Shown here: piece after piece, positions 36,998 through 47,396 of the stretch
Position numbering within the stretch: position 1 is the first letter of the stretch
Layout: every line of letters begins with the position of its first letter
Translations under genes and position numbers: made by a program
Notes under the pieces: model-generated
Databases searched by the model: none
What the model was told of the DNA's origin: nothing
Seen by the model: only the letters and a program-made list of their open reading frames with translations
IMG/VR virus record: IMGVR_UViG_3300050014_000823
Coordinates: 124,001-188,000 of that record
Length of the DNA: 64,000 nucleotides
Strand: one strand, 5' to 3'

Positions 36998-37897
36998 TTA
37001 TATGTCTGCAATTACATCTTTAAAGTTTTGTGTCTCATCGATATTTGTCCTTTTTTGCTTTACTTCATATAGTGGAACATCGGTTACTGAGTCTTTAATT
37101 TCAAATAAATTAAACTGGTCTGTGATGACATTATTTTGGTCATAGTATGTTAAAATACCTTTCTGAACGTCTTTAACTTGATTTCCCGCAAGAATATTAG
37201 CAAGTGTATCAATGGTGTTCTGAACTAAGTCGATTTCAATAGCAAGCGGTGAAAAAAATGTGTTTGACATTAAAATTGTTTGTCCGGGATTACCAATGAA
37301 CGGAAATACGTTTGGTTTCACATCGGAAGAACTGCTTGGAGTCAATTGTAAAAAAAGTAGTGTGCCTGCATCGTCAAAACGATATCTGATTGCCTTTTGA
37401 GTTGTATTTCCTACGTTTTCACTTATCAGAACTGCTTTATTTGATGTTGCAACATATCTTACCACATTTCTTAACTTAGTACCGTCTGTATTAATATATT
37501 CGATTCTATACCCCTGCAATGCGTTATTTGCCTGTAATGTTGCTGGAATAGTGTTGATATCAATCACAATTCCTTTGACGCTTGGAAGCGATGATAATAC
37601 GCTACAGTCGATAATAACAGTACTATAAGTTTTAGGTTTGATGTAAATCGTGTAAATTCCCAACTGGTTAAATATTGTTGCAGGCAGTTTAAGATTATAC
37701 AAACCCTCTAAAAGGTTTTCATTACCCACAATTTGTTCGGTATCCGGAAGATAGTTATAAGAAAGAATTTCTTGTGGAACTAATGGGTAAATTATATCGT
37801 TCTGAATTTCTCTGCTTGGCGTATAATTATAATACATGCTGATATCGTTTAAATCAACATCAGAAGGTCTAACCACACCATAAACACCTATCGCCAT
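36998..37897 (-). CDS. Probable structural protein of the tail module
   Basis: Beta-rich 299-aa ORF in the baseplate cluster. Confidence 0.55.
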   Translation of the reverse strand: MAIGVYGVVRPSDVDLNDISMYYNYTPSREIQNDIIYPLVPQEILSYNYLPDTEQIVGNENLLEGLYNLKLPATIFNQLGIYTIYIKPKTYSTVIIDCSVLSSLPSVKGIVIDINTIPATLQANNALQGYRIEYINTDGTKLRNVVRYVATSNKAVLISENVGNTTQKAIRYRFDDAGTLLFLQLTPSSSSDVKPNVFPFIGNPGQTILMSNTFFSPLAIEIDLVQNTIDTLANILAGNQVKDVQKGILTYYDQNNVITDQFNLFEIKDSVTDVPLYEVKQKRTNIDETQNFKDVIADI

Positions 37898-37898
37898 C

Positions 37899-38555
37899 TT
37901 AAACTTTTATTAATTCTTCTTTACTTATCGAACATTTTGTTCTCTTAACAACATTATCTCTCCAAGGTATAAATACAAGATTATTTAAACTTGCAATTAT
38001 TTCTGGTTTAATGTCATTTTTAAATCCCTCAAAAATTGAATATTTATGGTCCAAACAATATGCACCGTCAATTCCAGAAACACCCCTTTTCTCATAATTT
38101 TCCAATAAACTAATTGGTTGTTTATTGGTTAATTTAACAACCAATAATCTATATTTTTTATATTCGGGTAAGTTTTTTAAATATGTGTTATATTCAATAC
38201 CTGTGCGTTTAACTAAACCTACAGAAACTCCTTCACTAACAGTTCTCCTATAATTAACGGTAGTTAAATATTTATCTAAATATGAAGCATTTATATTCAA
38301 CACTTTACTGATTTCCTTAGCACTTTTATATTCAAACAAATATAATTTACGTATTTCATCCCTTTGTTTTTCGCTTAATATAATTTTAATACCATTACTT
38401 TTCCCTTTTCTTAATACATGTTCTCTTTTTAAAATCCTGTTTATCGGAGTGAGACTTGTGTTAAGTAGTTCTCCAATTTTTTTCGTACTTAATCCATCAA
38501 TCAAATAATAATTTTTGATTTTATTAACTTCAATATCAGAAAATTCTATCCTCAT
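37899..38555 (-). CDS. HNH-like free-standing endonuclease with N-terminal HTH repeats
   Basis: LDHKYSI...NNL.FIPW.DN..K (HNH-like); two HTH-like segments; inserted between tail genes. Confidence 0.65.
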   Translation of the reverse strand: MRIEFSDIEVNKIKNYYLIDGLSTKKIGELLNTSLTPINRILKREHVLRKGKSNGIKIILSEKQRDEIRKLYLFEYKSAKEISKVLNINASYLDKYLTTVNYRRTVSEGVSVGLVKRTGIEYNTYLKNLPEYKKYRLLVVKLTNKQPISLLENYEKRGVSGIDGAYCLDHKYSIFEGFKNDIKPEIIASLNNLVFIPWRDNVVKRTKCSISKEELIKV

Positions 38556-38995
38556 GTGTTATTAACTATATTAAAGAAATTACCGCCAGCATATGTCGTC
38601 AAATCAACCAAACTTTGAATATATTCAAGTCTGTAGTTTTGGTCAAAAGCCGACAATTCTTGTCTTACTATAAATACATCATCATAAATTTTTGGGTTAC
38701 TGATAATGTTTTCTTTATTCGGGTCTTTATAAATCGGTGCAGTAATGAAGTCTGGACTGCTATATCCTTGTCCAATAAAGCTAAACGTAGTCCCACTTGT
38801 TTCACCTGTGAGAATGTCTGTATATTTTATGCCACCAAGATAATACACTACTTTTGAACCTGCTGTTGAGACAAAATAATCTACACCATCAAATGTCGGA
38901 CTACCGTTACCAACATATTGCAATAGAAAATTACTTGTGATTGTATATTTTCGCAATTCTGTTAATCGACTACTTGATGAACCTGTTACTACCAT
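38552..38995 (-). CDS. Probable structural protein
   Basis: Late motif at 39007-39015; tail-cluster context. Confidence 0.55.
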   Translation of the reverse strand: MVVTGSSSSRLTELRKYTITSNFLLQYVGNGSPTFDGVDYFVSTAGSKVVYYLGGIKYTDILTGETSGTTFSFIGQGYSSPDFITAPIYKDPNKENIISNPKIYDDVFIVRQELSAFDQNYRLEYIQSLVDLTTYAGGNFFNIVNNT

Positions 38996-39014
38996 TTTAA
39001 TTTTATTATAAATA

Positions 39015-41867
39015 CTATACTGGTGCTATATCACCTGCATATACATCATTAGGACTACCTATGACATAATTACCAACAATATTTGACACACCCACCAAGT
39101 ATGCATCGGCAGATGCTGCAGACTCTGGACAAATACTTGCAGCTCGTGTTGTAAGATATAAATTATCTCCTGCATTAACTATAAACGGACCCCAAATTCC
39201 ACCAATATATCCACTGAAACTACTTGCAATACTACAGCTACATTTGGTTACACCATTACATACGATACAAACACCTGCAGTGCCTTTAAACGCATTTTTA
39301 CCAAGACTATATGCAACACATAAATTAAATGAATCTCCTGCACACATAGATGGACACAATTGACCCTCACACGTAGAATTAAATATATCCAAATATATCT
39401 GACAAACATATGATGCAGTGGTTGTGGTTGTTGTAGTAGTTGGCAACGTAGTTGTCGTTGTAGTTGTTGTCGTAGGTGGAGGACCGCCTGCATAGCTACA
39501 GCAACAATATGGATTACATCTTGCAAAATTGCCAGAAATTGGTGTAACACCAATACATACTGCTGACATACTACCACCATGACAAGAAATATTTCCCACT
39601 TCAGTATAATTAAACATACGAACATCGTCACCAGGAAGAACTTGGAATGAAATTGAAGGCATTAAACAAACCTGTGCTTCGGTTATGCAACAACATAGCA
39701 TTGGATTACCATTACACATTACACAGAAACGTGAGAACGAACCCGGTGCTTGGTCATAATTAACACATAAATCACCAGTTATGCATGCACAATAACATTC
39801 ACCTGCGCTCATTGGATATGATGAAGCCAAGCAAAAATCTCTTGCACTATAAATACCACCATCATTGCCTGGAGCAACATATGTCATACATAAATCAATA
39901 TATTTTACCGCAGGTGGTGGAAGTGTTGTGGTAGTCGTGGTAGTTGTTGTTGTTGTGGTTGTCGTAGGTGGAGTTCCCCCTGCATAACTACAGCAACAAT
40001 AAGGCGTTCCTAATTGATAATTGCCAACAATCGGAGCAACTGAACGAATACATATGCCTGACATTGTACCACCCGGACATGTAATGTTTGCTACTTCCGT
40101 ATAATTACACATGTACACCGTATCACCTTGATGAACAATAATTGTGGTACTTGGTATAGCACAAACTTCTGTTTGGTCTATGCAACAAGTTAAACAACAT
40201 GACCCATTATGACCTATACCCGCACGTGAGTATGAACCCGGTGCTTGGTTATAATTAACACATAAATCAGCCATTAAACAAACAGAATAACTATCGCCCG
40301 GAGCCATTGGACTCGATGTTGCTAAACAAAATTCTCTTGTACTATAAACACTACCGTCATTACCGGGAGCAGCATATGTTTGAAATAAAGTAACATAATT
40401 CGGTGGTGGTGCAGTAGTCGTTGTGGTAGTTGTTGTCGTTGTAGTAGTCGTTGTAGTACTTGTTGTGGTTGTCGCCTCTGTTGTAAACACCGATTGACCA
40501 TCATATGCAGTTCCTGCATTATTGGTTGCATATACACCTACATAATAGGTTGTAGCTGGAATTAAACCAGTCATTAAACTTGCAAAGCCGACACCAACAG
40601 TATTATTGCCATCAGTTGTTTTAAAATTCGCAGTTGTTGGGTTTGGACTTGTACTCCAAACAATACCACTTACAGTTATTGGTGCGCCACCGTCACTAAG
40701 TATGACTCCACCGCCTTGTGCTGTTGTTTGAGTTACACTACCTGCGCCACCAGTTGCTACTGTTGGTAAATCTGCTGCTGTTTTGAACAATACTTCATTA
40801 CCATAAGCGATACCCACAGCATTAATTGCATATGCTCGTACATAATATGAAGTAATCTTAGTCAATCCTGTGATTGAAGACGTAAATGTTCCAATACCTG
40901 TTCCATCGACAACAACATTGTCCAGAATTGTCGGAGTACTACTTGTGCTCCAAACTATTCCTTTCTCAGTTACAGGATTACCACCTTCTGAAGTCACATT
41001 ACCACCACCTGTTGCAGTTGTTTGTGCAATTGCAGTAATACTGCTTGTGGTTACAGTTGCAAGTCCCCAAGTACTGAATGACAATTCACTACCGTACATA
41101 ATATCTGTATTATTAACTGCATATGCTCGAACAAAATATGTTGTTGATGTAGTTAAACCCGTCAAATAACTATTAAAATTACCAATTCCAAACCCATTCG
41201 TTGTTGTATTGCCTGCAATGGTAGGTCCAGAGAATAATCCCCAAGCAACACCACGTCTGATTATCGGACTACCGCCATCAGCAGTTATTTCACCACCAGT
41301 GGTTGCACCACTTGACGTAATATTTGTTATTGGTTTTGTAGAAATTGTAGAAATTGCTAATGTCGTGAAATTTACTTCCTCACCATAAACAAGTCCAGCA
41401 CTATTAATAGCATATGCACGTGCATAATATGTAGTAAGATTTGTTAAACCGCTTATTGGCACTGTAAAAGTACCTAATCCACCTGCAACAATTATTTTTG
41501 TACTTGCTGTTGTCGGATTTGGACTTGTACTATATACAAGACCTCTTTGTGTAACAGCATGTCCACCGTCTGCAAGAACCGCACCACCGCCAATTGCAGA
41601 GTTTTTAGTAATTGTTGAAAATGTGTTTGTTGATACTGTTAAAGTAGTTAAAGGCGGTGCTATATAAGCACTAAAGAAACCAATATCTTCGGCATCCTGT
41701 GTCAAACTAAATTTGACATAGTATGTTTTGCTCAAATCGGGAACAAGCGTCATTGTGGTTGCCGTACAGCCAGTAATGAGAATACCCGTTTCCGGGTCTC
41801 TGTACGAACACGGAGCAGTTGTTCCGGTTGTCATTATCCGATATATTGTTTTCTTTATGAGTTCCAT
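39015..41867 (-). CDS. Tail-associated adhesin-like protein: four FN3-like repeats, then three Thr-stalk plus Cys-rich modules
   Basis: Repeats of TxYYxRAYA.N..G..YG.E..F.T; TTTT tracts; duplicated APGNDG...NYTEV...PYCCCSYAGG modules. Confidence 0.7.
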   Translation of the reverse strand: MELIKKTIYRIMTTGTTAPCSYRDPETGILITGCTATTMTLVPDLSKTYYVKFSLTQDAEDIGFFSAYIAPPLTTLTVSTNTFSTITKNSAIGGGAVLADGGHAVTQRGLVYSTSPNPTTASTKIIVAGGLGTFTVPISGLTNLTTYYARAYAINSAGLVYGEEVNFTTLAISTISTKPITNITSSGATTGGEITADGGSPIIRRGVAWGLFSGPTIAGNTTTNGFGIGNFNSYLTGLTTSTTYFVRAYAVNNTDIMYGSELSFSTWGLATVTTSSITAIAQTTATGGGNVTSEGGNPVTEKGIVWSTSSTPTILDNVVVDGTGIGTFTSSITGLTKITSYYVRAYAINAVGIAYGNEVLFKTAADLPTVATGGAGSVTQTTAQGGGVILSDGGAPITVSGIVWSTSPNPTTANFKTTDGNNTVGVGFASLMTGLIPATTYYVGVYATNNAGTAYDGQSVFTTEATTTTSTTTTTTTTTTTTTTTAPPPNYVTLFQTYAAPGNDGSVYSTREFCLATSSPMAPGDSYSVCLMADLCVNYNQAPGSYSRAGIGHNGSCCLTCCIDQTEVCAIPSTTIIVHQGDTVYMCNYTEVANITCPGGTMSGICIRSVAPIVGNYQLGTPYCCCSYAGGTPPTTTTTTTTTTTTTTLPPPAVKYIDLCMTYVAPGNDGGIYSARDFCLASSYPMSAGECYCACITGDLCVNYDQAPGSFSRFCVMCNGNPMLCCCITEAQVCLMPSISFQVLPGDDVRMFNYTEVGNISCHGGSMSAVCIGVTPISGNFARCNPYCCCSYAGGPPPTTTTTTTTTLPTTTTTTTTASYVCQIYLDIFNSTCEGQLCPSMCAGDSFNLCVAYSLGKNAFKGTAGVCIVCNGVTKCSCSIASSFSGYIGGIWGPFIVNAGDNLYLTTRAASICPESAASADAYLVGVSNIVGNYVIGSPNDVYAGDIAPV

Positions 41868-43714
41868 TATACAACAGACTTTCTCAGATATACTTTAATG
41901 TCCTTTTCGGGATATTTTATTTCAAACATACCGTCTTCGGTAGAATAAATAGTGTTGTTGATTATTTTAATCTCACCAGTTGTGGTATTCAAGATTTCCT
42001 GAGAAACAACGTTGTTCGAATACTGACCACCAACTCTATTATAAACCTTAATACTGATGACGTTTATAACACCATTTGCAGAGAGTATTTGTTTCTGAAG
42101 TCTACCAAGGAAAATATTTTCGTCCATTTCGTAGTTGTTCACATCAAAATAATCTCTGACAATTGTAATAATGCTATTGGCTATCTGATTATCTGCAATG
42201 TTTTCCACATATACGTCAATATCGAATGCCAAGTTGTAAATTTTACCGTCTTTAATCTCCACATAGTCATTTACCATGCGGAATTCGGTTAGGTATTCCG
42301 CAATATTATCTTTTAACAGAGTATTGCTTGTATTTGACAACTTACCGTCCACACCAATGCCGAGCATCGAAATAACTACCTTATTATTGTATTTAAAAGC
42401 ATTTGCCCTAAAAGGTGAACCAAACTTACCTGGCATTTTATAGAGTTGTAATAAATAATCTGTAAGCGTGACATCCCTTGTTTGACTTGCAAAATTAAAC
42501 TTGATTAACTGTCTTATTTGCTCAATGCTCAAACCATCATTACCGCCAATGGCAGGTATTGGATTATTAGTTTTTAAACTTCTCTGTACACTCTGATTAA
42601 AGTCAGAACGTGAACCTGCAACTCTCAGAGAATATCCACCGAGTTGTGTAAGGGTTGCTGCACCGAGATTTGAATTAATACCGCCACCAACTCTATATCT
42701 CACAAATAATGTATAGTTTGGTTTAAGTTTTTCACCCAAAGCGGTGTTATTTAAGAAGTTATCGAGAAAATACTTATTACTTACACCAACTTTAATAAAG
42801 CCGTTTTTAAATGCGTCAGCATCTGCATCGCCACTACCGAAGGTCAGTTTACAATAACCGTTTGGGGTATATTCTTTAATGAATTTCTTCGTTATGTCAA
42901 TCCAACGAGCAGCTTTAATACCCGTATTCTGTGTGTTAACCGAACTGCTGAAGTTCTCAACAAAAACTCTTTGCTGTGCAAGCCACTCCACTTCATAAAA
43001 TCTATTTTCACTTGTATATAAATCTGAAAGCGGTGGATTGTTAGTATAATTTGTACCTTCGAGCAAAATAACGTTTTCTATTTCAATTACATCTGGGTCT
43101 GGAAGTGTTATACTAAAAAATGATGTAACGTCTTGTGGATTAATTATTCTTTTATATATGCTTGTTGAACCATTGATAACTACTTCTCTTTTGGTAACAT
43201 TATAGCTTACGATAATACCATTTGAGTTTAAGTTTGGTATAATTGAACGATTAGGGTCACCAAGATTGCTCATAGGTGAATTCCAGTCAATTGTGTCTTG
43301 TGTTTCAAATATTTTACCACCACCAAGTACCTGTGCGCCAGGAGCAAGCGTAGGATAATAACTGGCATCGGGTCTATCACCAAGTACAGGAACAGTTACA
43401 GAAAAGTCTACTACTGTTACAGAAGGTCGTCTGCCGGGAATATTAAATCCCATATTTTTTGCAATATTTAATATTGATGACCTCAATTGTGCATACTCCA
43501 ATTGTGTTTCTTGAAATGCTCTGTCAGTATTAACGCTCAAGTTATTACCAACACCCGCATTTAAGTCGATTAACATAGCACCAACGGAACTATCGGTAAA
43601 ATCAGATAAAACTTCTGGATATGCTTGACGAATAAACGAAATCAAATCTGTTTTGATTTCCCCAAATGTTCGTGAGCCATATTGAATTATGTTTGTTGAA
43701 TTGTCAGTAGCCAT
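41867..43714 (-). CDS. Baseplate wedge subunit (T4 gp6/P2 gpJ-like)
   Basis: RTFGEIK.DL..FI...YP....DF.DSS.G.MLIDL.A; AQLRSSILNIAK.MG; AIGGNDG.SIEQIR...RDVT..DY. Confidence 0.85.
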   Translation of the reverse strand: MATDNSTNIIQYGSRTFGEIKTDLISFIRQAYPEVLSDFTDSSVGAMLIDLNAGVGNNLSVNTDRAFQETQLEYAQLRSSILNIAKNMGFNIPGRRPSVTVVDFSVTVPVLGDRPDASYYPTLAPGAQVLGGGKIFETQDTIDWNSPMSNLGDPNRSIIPNLNSNGIIVSYNVTKREVVINGSTSIYKRIINPQDVTSFFSITLPDPDVIEIENVILLEGTNYTNNPPLSDLYTSENRFYEVEWLAQQRVFVENFSSSVNTQNTGIKAARWIDITKKFIKEYTPNGYCKLTFGSGDADADAFKNGFIKVGVSNKYFLDNFLNNTALGEKLKPNYTLFVRYRVGGGINSNLGAATLTQLGGYSLRVAGSRSDFNQSVQRSLKTNNPIPAIGGNDGLSIEQIRQLIKFNFASQTRDVTLTDYLLQLYKMPGKFGSPFRANAFKYNNKVVISMLGIGVDGKLSNTSNTLLKDNIAEYLTEFRMVNDYVEIKDGKIYNLAFDIDVYVENIADNQIANSIITIVRDYFDVNNYEMDENIFLGRLQKQILSANGVINVISIKVYNRVGGQYSNNVVSQEILNTTTGEIKIINNTIYSTEDGMFEIKYPEKDIKVYLRKSVV

Positions 43715-44406
43715 TATATTATGTTTTTTAAAATTCGATTAATATTATTTATTTCGCTGTATTTTATTCTCAACAATAAGATATTTTTACTGTTGGCATA
43801 TAAATTTTTTGCTTCGTCATTACTTTGTCTTATGTTAAGTTTAGCACTACCGCCCCAATATTCGATTGGTTTAAAGTGTTGTTCTCCGTCATACTCAATA
43901 AGTATGTTTACCGTTGGTAAATAGAAATCGAATGATAGTTTATTTTTACCACAATCAGCAAATCTTTTTTCTTTAACATATTCAATCATATGCATATCCA
44001 AATATTTTTTTATTAATAATTCGCCTTTAGATAATTTACATATTGAGCAACCTTTACCGTTTAAATGACCGTTTGGTGTCTGATTGAATATGCCGTGTTC
44101 TGGACAAATTATATTAATTTTATTATGTGCATTAACGTATTCAACTAAAGAATACCCATATCTATTGTTGTGTATTAAGTTTGCTTTATCAATAAATTCA
44201 TTTAATGTTATATAATTACCAGCACATTTGGGACATCCATGATTACGTAAATGATGTTTTGGTATTTGTTCGAAAACTCCATGTTCTGCACACACTATTT
44301 TAATTCTCGAAACATTATTAACATAGTCCACTAACGAATAATCGTATTTCTCGTCATGAATTTTCTTAGCCTTTTCAATAAATTCTTCAGTGGTATATTT
44401 TTTCAT
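43714..44406 (-). CDS. Free-standing endonuclease (DUF723-like Zn repeats plus Vsr/DUF559-like nuclease), copy 1
   Basis: Two FI.KA..IH..YDYS.V.Y...I.C..HG.F.Q.P..HL..GC..C repeats; FDFYLP..N.LIEYDG.QH. Confidence 0.75.
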   Translation of the reverse strand: MKKYTTEEFIEKAKKIHDEKYDYSLVDYVNNVSRIKIVCAEHGVFEQIPKHHLRNHGCPKCAGNYITLNEFIDKANLIHNNRYGYSLVEYVNAHNKINIICPEHGIFNQTPNGHLNGKGCSICKLSKGELLIKKYLDMHMIEYVKEKRFADCGKNKLSFDFYLPTVNILIEYDGEQHFKPIEYWGGSAKLNIRQSNDEAKNLYANSKNILLLRIKYSEINNINRILKNII

Positions 44407-44409
44407 ATT

Positions 44410-44808
44410 TTAAAAGTTTAAATCTAATTGACCTGATTCGCTGAAGCTATCTTCGGTATAAGTGAATAATATTGTTACGTTAAGTTGATTTTCAGATATT
44501 GGTTGACCATTATCATCGAGATTCCAATTAAAATTTATTTTATTGATTTTTAAGTTTGGAATGTACTTCGACACAGTAGTTTTGATTTCTTGCTCAACAT
44601 CTGTAGCGTTTAAAGTATCGTTAGGTTCGAAAATGTATTTCAGTAAGTTTGTACCGTATTCCGGCTCATAATACCTTTCTCCTTTCTGAGTGAGCAACAG
44701 CAAAAGCAAGTCAGAACTAAACGCTTCCTTAGTTACTTGTGTCAGTAAGAAATACGTGTTTTTACTTAAATCGTCATTCAAAGGAAATTTGATATTGTAC
44801 GTAATCAT
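44410..44808 (-). CDS. Baseplate gp25-like protein
   Basis: LLLLLTQKGER...PEYGTNL..YIFEP...EIK..V.KYIP; upstream of the wedge gene; late motifs at 44822-44840. Confidence 0.85.
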   Translation of the reverse strand: MITYNIKFPLNDDLSKNTYFLLTQVTKEAFSSDLLLLLLTQKGERYYEPEYGTNLLKYIFEPNDTLNATDVEQEIKTTVSKYIPNLKINKINFNWNLDDNGQPISENQLNVTILFTYTEDSFSESGQLDLNF

Positions 44809-44838
44809 ATAAAGTATTTTCCATAAATACTTATAAAT

Positions 44839-44869
44839 AAAAAAATCCCGACATCGATTGCCGGGATTT
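44839..44869 (-). terminator. Rho-independent terminator
   Basis: Stem AAATCCCG/CGGGATTT with a T-run. Confidence 0.7.
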
Positions 44870-44892
44870 GTCTAAACTTGTCCGAATTGTTA

Positions 44893-45375
44893 TTATACTT
44901 CTGCGGTTTTTTTACCACGCTTGCCTTTCTTCTGTGCTTTTTCTTCGTCTTCCTGCTGTTTCTTCTTGTCATAGAGACTTTTTATCGACTCGTGTAATAC
45001 GATGATAGGTTTGTCGCCATACTTAGCAAGAACGCCTGTATGAGTGTTGAAATTTGGTTTTTCGAGTGTCAGAACATCAGCATCGCTGATACCAACACCT
45101 GCAAGGCACTCATCAATTGCAATTACCTGCATGTCTTCTGGTAATTCAGAGAAAATCGATTCGTTGATAACCACAACAAAATTAATACCACCACCACCAT
45201 CTGTATTGGTAAGTGCTTCAATGAGGTCATTTGCTTTAAAAAGTTTGCAGGGGTCATTCTTCTGTTTGTCGTTACAAAGAACCTCAATTTCCACCCACTG
45301 TGGAATGCTGGTCTTCTCACGAACTTCTTCAAAAAGTAATTTTACTTCATCGGATGCTTTTGAAAGTTTTGCCAT
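44893..45375 (-). CDS. Hypothetical protein (weak resemblance to phage putative metallopeptidase fold)
   Basis: FVVVINE..F..L.....AIDECL resembles the family pattern but lacks the HE motif. Confidence 0.4.
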   Translation of the reverse strand: MAKLSKASDEVKLLFEEVREKTSIPQWVEIEVLCNDKQKNDPCKLFKANDLIEALTNTDGGGGINFVVVINESIFSELPEDMQVIAIDECLAGVGISDADVLTLEKPNFNTHTGVLAKYGDKPIIVLHESIKSLYDKKKQQEDEEKAQKKGKRGKKTAEV

Positions 45376-45389
45376 TTCGTAATTTGTTT

Positions 45390-45818
45390 TTAATTGTTAA
45401 TAATAGAACTATATTTATTTTTAATCAGTTCAACTTCAGCCAATAACTCTGCGAAATTTGGATTGTTCTTGTCAAATGTTTCATCAAGAGTTTTAAGAAA
45501 ATCACGCATGTCATATACACTTAGTCTTACTGTTTCTTCGATGTCACGTAACATCGCCAATTGTTGCAAAGCTAAGTCTTTTTCTTTAATTACTTGCATT
45601 TTGTCAAAATCTTCCTTAATTGTTGCAGCTTCTGCCTCTGTGACGGTTTTAATCTCTTTATTTGCAGTTGCTTTTTCATATGCACTGCTAAGAGCACCCG
45701 AAAATAACGGATTGTCTGCAAGTTTGTTGACTTCAATGATTTTTTTTGCTGCGTCAGAATTAAATTCTCCTGTATCGACAGACTTTTTTAAGTTTTCTAA
45801 AAACGGTGATAGTGCCAT
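45390..45818 (-). CDS. Hypothetical helical protein
   Basis: 142-aa ORF in a co-oriented cluster. Confidence 0.6.
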   Translation of the reverse strand: MALSPFLENLKKSVDTGEFNSDAAKKIIEVNKLADNPLFSGALSSAYEKATANKEIKTVTEAEAATIKEDFDKMQVIKEKDLALQQLAMLRDIEETVRLSVYDMRDFLKTLDETFDKNNPNFAELLAEVELIKNKYSSIINN

Positions 45819-45829
45819 GTTATTTGATT

Positions 45830-46786
45830 TTAGTGTATACCCATGTTTTCCATTTCGATTCCTTCGAATATCAGAACATCGTGAGTATTGTTATGAATTA
45901 TTCTTTTGAAATATTTAGTAACGCCAAAGCCGTGTAACTGACCATATTCGTCTTTAACATAAACTTCTTTAATGTCAATAATTTCTTTGAAAATGTCTGA
46001 ATCCTCAGATATTTCGAGTGTTTTGAACTTAAGCGGAATTAAGAATTCGAGTTGACGATGCTCAAAGCCGATTTTTTTAACGTGAAGGAATTCTGCAAGT
46101 TGTTCGATTTTATTAACTGCGTCTTTATTCTCACGTTCAACTTTAAGTGGAAATTCCCAAGACTTAACAACTGCAACCTCAAACTCAATCTTTTCTTCCT
46201 GTGCCTTCTCCATTGCCTCATATAATTTTCCCATTCCAGCCACAATTGGCTTATTGTTGAAGATGTACAGTAATTCCAAGTCATCGTCTTTGGTACGTCT
46301 TTCTTCGTATTCCTTGAGAAATACTTCTTCCATTGTCTTCCCGGCATTTTTATGTTTCTCATCGTAAAATCCATAATGCTCATGTGTTCTACCTTGAGTA
46401 TCTTTCATGCCATATGAAGTGCCGTACTTGTCTGCAGCAACCGCCATTTGATGTGGTGTTGCAGTACGCATGAATTTATCGGCTTTCTTGAGAATTTCGT
46501 AATAATCTTTCACGTACTTTTCGTCTGTTTGTCCTTGATAGAATTTTTCAAGAGTTTGATTTCTATGAAGTTTACGAGTTTCTTTTTTATCTCTCTCACC
46601 CAAATCATTTGGGTCGGCTTTCAGAATTTCCTGTTCGGTGTTATATAATGCAATAGTAATTGCAATTATCATGGTGTGGACCTTGATATAACACCAGAAA
46701 TATATTTTCTTGAAGAAGTCTATCATTTTTGCATGTCGGCTATTATCTGAGACACACTGTCCGGTAATTTTCTTTTCATTGTCCAT
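45830..46786 (-). CDS. Hypothetical protein
   Basis: 318-aa ORF with an N-terminal hydrophobic stretch. Confidence 0.6.
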   Translation of the reverse strand: MDNEKKITGQCVSDNSRHAKMIDFFKKIYFWCYIKVHTMIIAITIALYNTEQEILKADPNDLGERDKKETRKLHRNQTLEKFYQGQTDEKYVKDYYEILKKADKFMRTATPHQMAVAADKYGTSYGMKDTQGRTHEHYGFYDEKHKNAGKTMEEVFLKEYEERRTKDDDLELLYIFNNKPIVAGMGKLYEAMEKAQEEKIEFEVAVVKSWEFPLKVERENKDAVNKIEQLAEFLHVKKIGFEHRQLEFLIPLKFKTLEISEDSDIFKEIIDIKEVYVKDEYGQLHGFGVTKYFKRIIHNNTHDVLIFEGIEMENMGIH

Positions 46787-47385
46787 TGTGAACCAAATGT
46801 TCCGGGAGTTTCATACTTTTTCGCATTGCGTTCTTCGACAACCTCCAACGGTATTCTGTTAACAATTACATCCAAGTCGTCTTTGAAACTCTCGTATGAG
46901 ATAATTCCAAGCGCATGCATTCTTGACAATCTCTGCTCTGGAGTGGTCTTGGCAATGTATTCGTCCATTCTTTTGGTAAGACTGACAACACCTGCAGAAA
47001 CAACTTCGAAGGTTTTGATTTTCTTGTAAAGTTCTCTTTCGAAAACAAATACGTATGCCTTAGATATGTTATAAATAACCTTATCAAATGCTCGTACATA
47101 CCATTTTACTGGCAGTGGCTTAAGTTCACCACGTTTATAGTCAACAGCATTATAGAAAAATTTTCTATACTTATCACTGTCGAGAATCTTCATGATTTCC
47201 TTATACCTTCTTGCTCTTGCATCGTTCCATACAGAAGCAGTTGTAATGTTATTTACCGCAAGGTATTGCATGAATACCGGATGACAATCGTTTACATAAC
47301 GACCTGCGAGACTTCTACTTAAATTAGTAAGCCATCTAAAGAGTATGAATCTCTTTTTTTCTTTGTTTTTAGTTGGTATTTTCAT
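46723..47385 (-). CDS. Hypothetical protein
   Basis: 220-aa ORF overlapping the downstream gene by 64 bp. Confidence 0.55.
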   Translation of the reverse strand: MKIPTKNKEKKRFILFRWLTNLSRSLAGRYVNDCHPVFMQYLAVNNITTASVWNDARARRYKEIMKILDSDKYRKFFYNAVDYKRGELKPLPVKWYVRAFDKVIYNISKAYVFVFERELYKKIKTFEVVSAGVVSLTKRMDEYIAKTTPEQRLSRMHALGIISYESFKDDLDVIVNRIPLEVVEERNAKKYETPGTFGSQWTMKRKLPDSVSQIIADMQK

Positions 47386-47396
47386 TGTTTTTAGTT

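Noticed and set aside
39470-40400. Diversity-generating retroelement TR/VR pair in the duplicated Cys-rich modules
   Set aside because: Both copies are coding and differ at all base types, not just adenines. No reverse transcriptase is present in the window.
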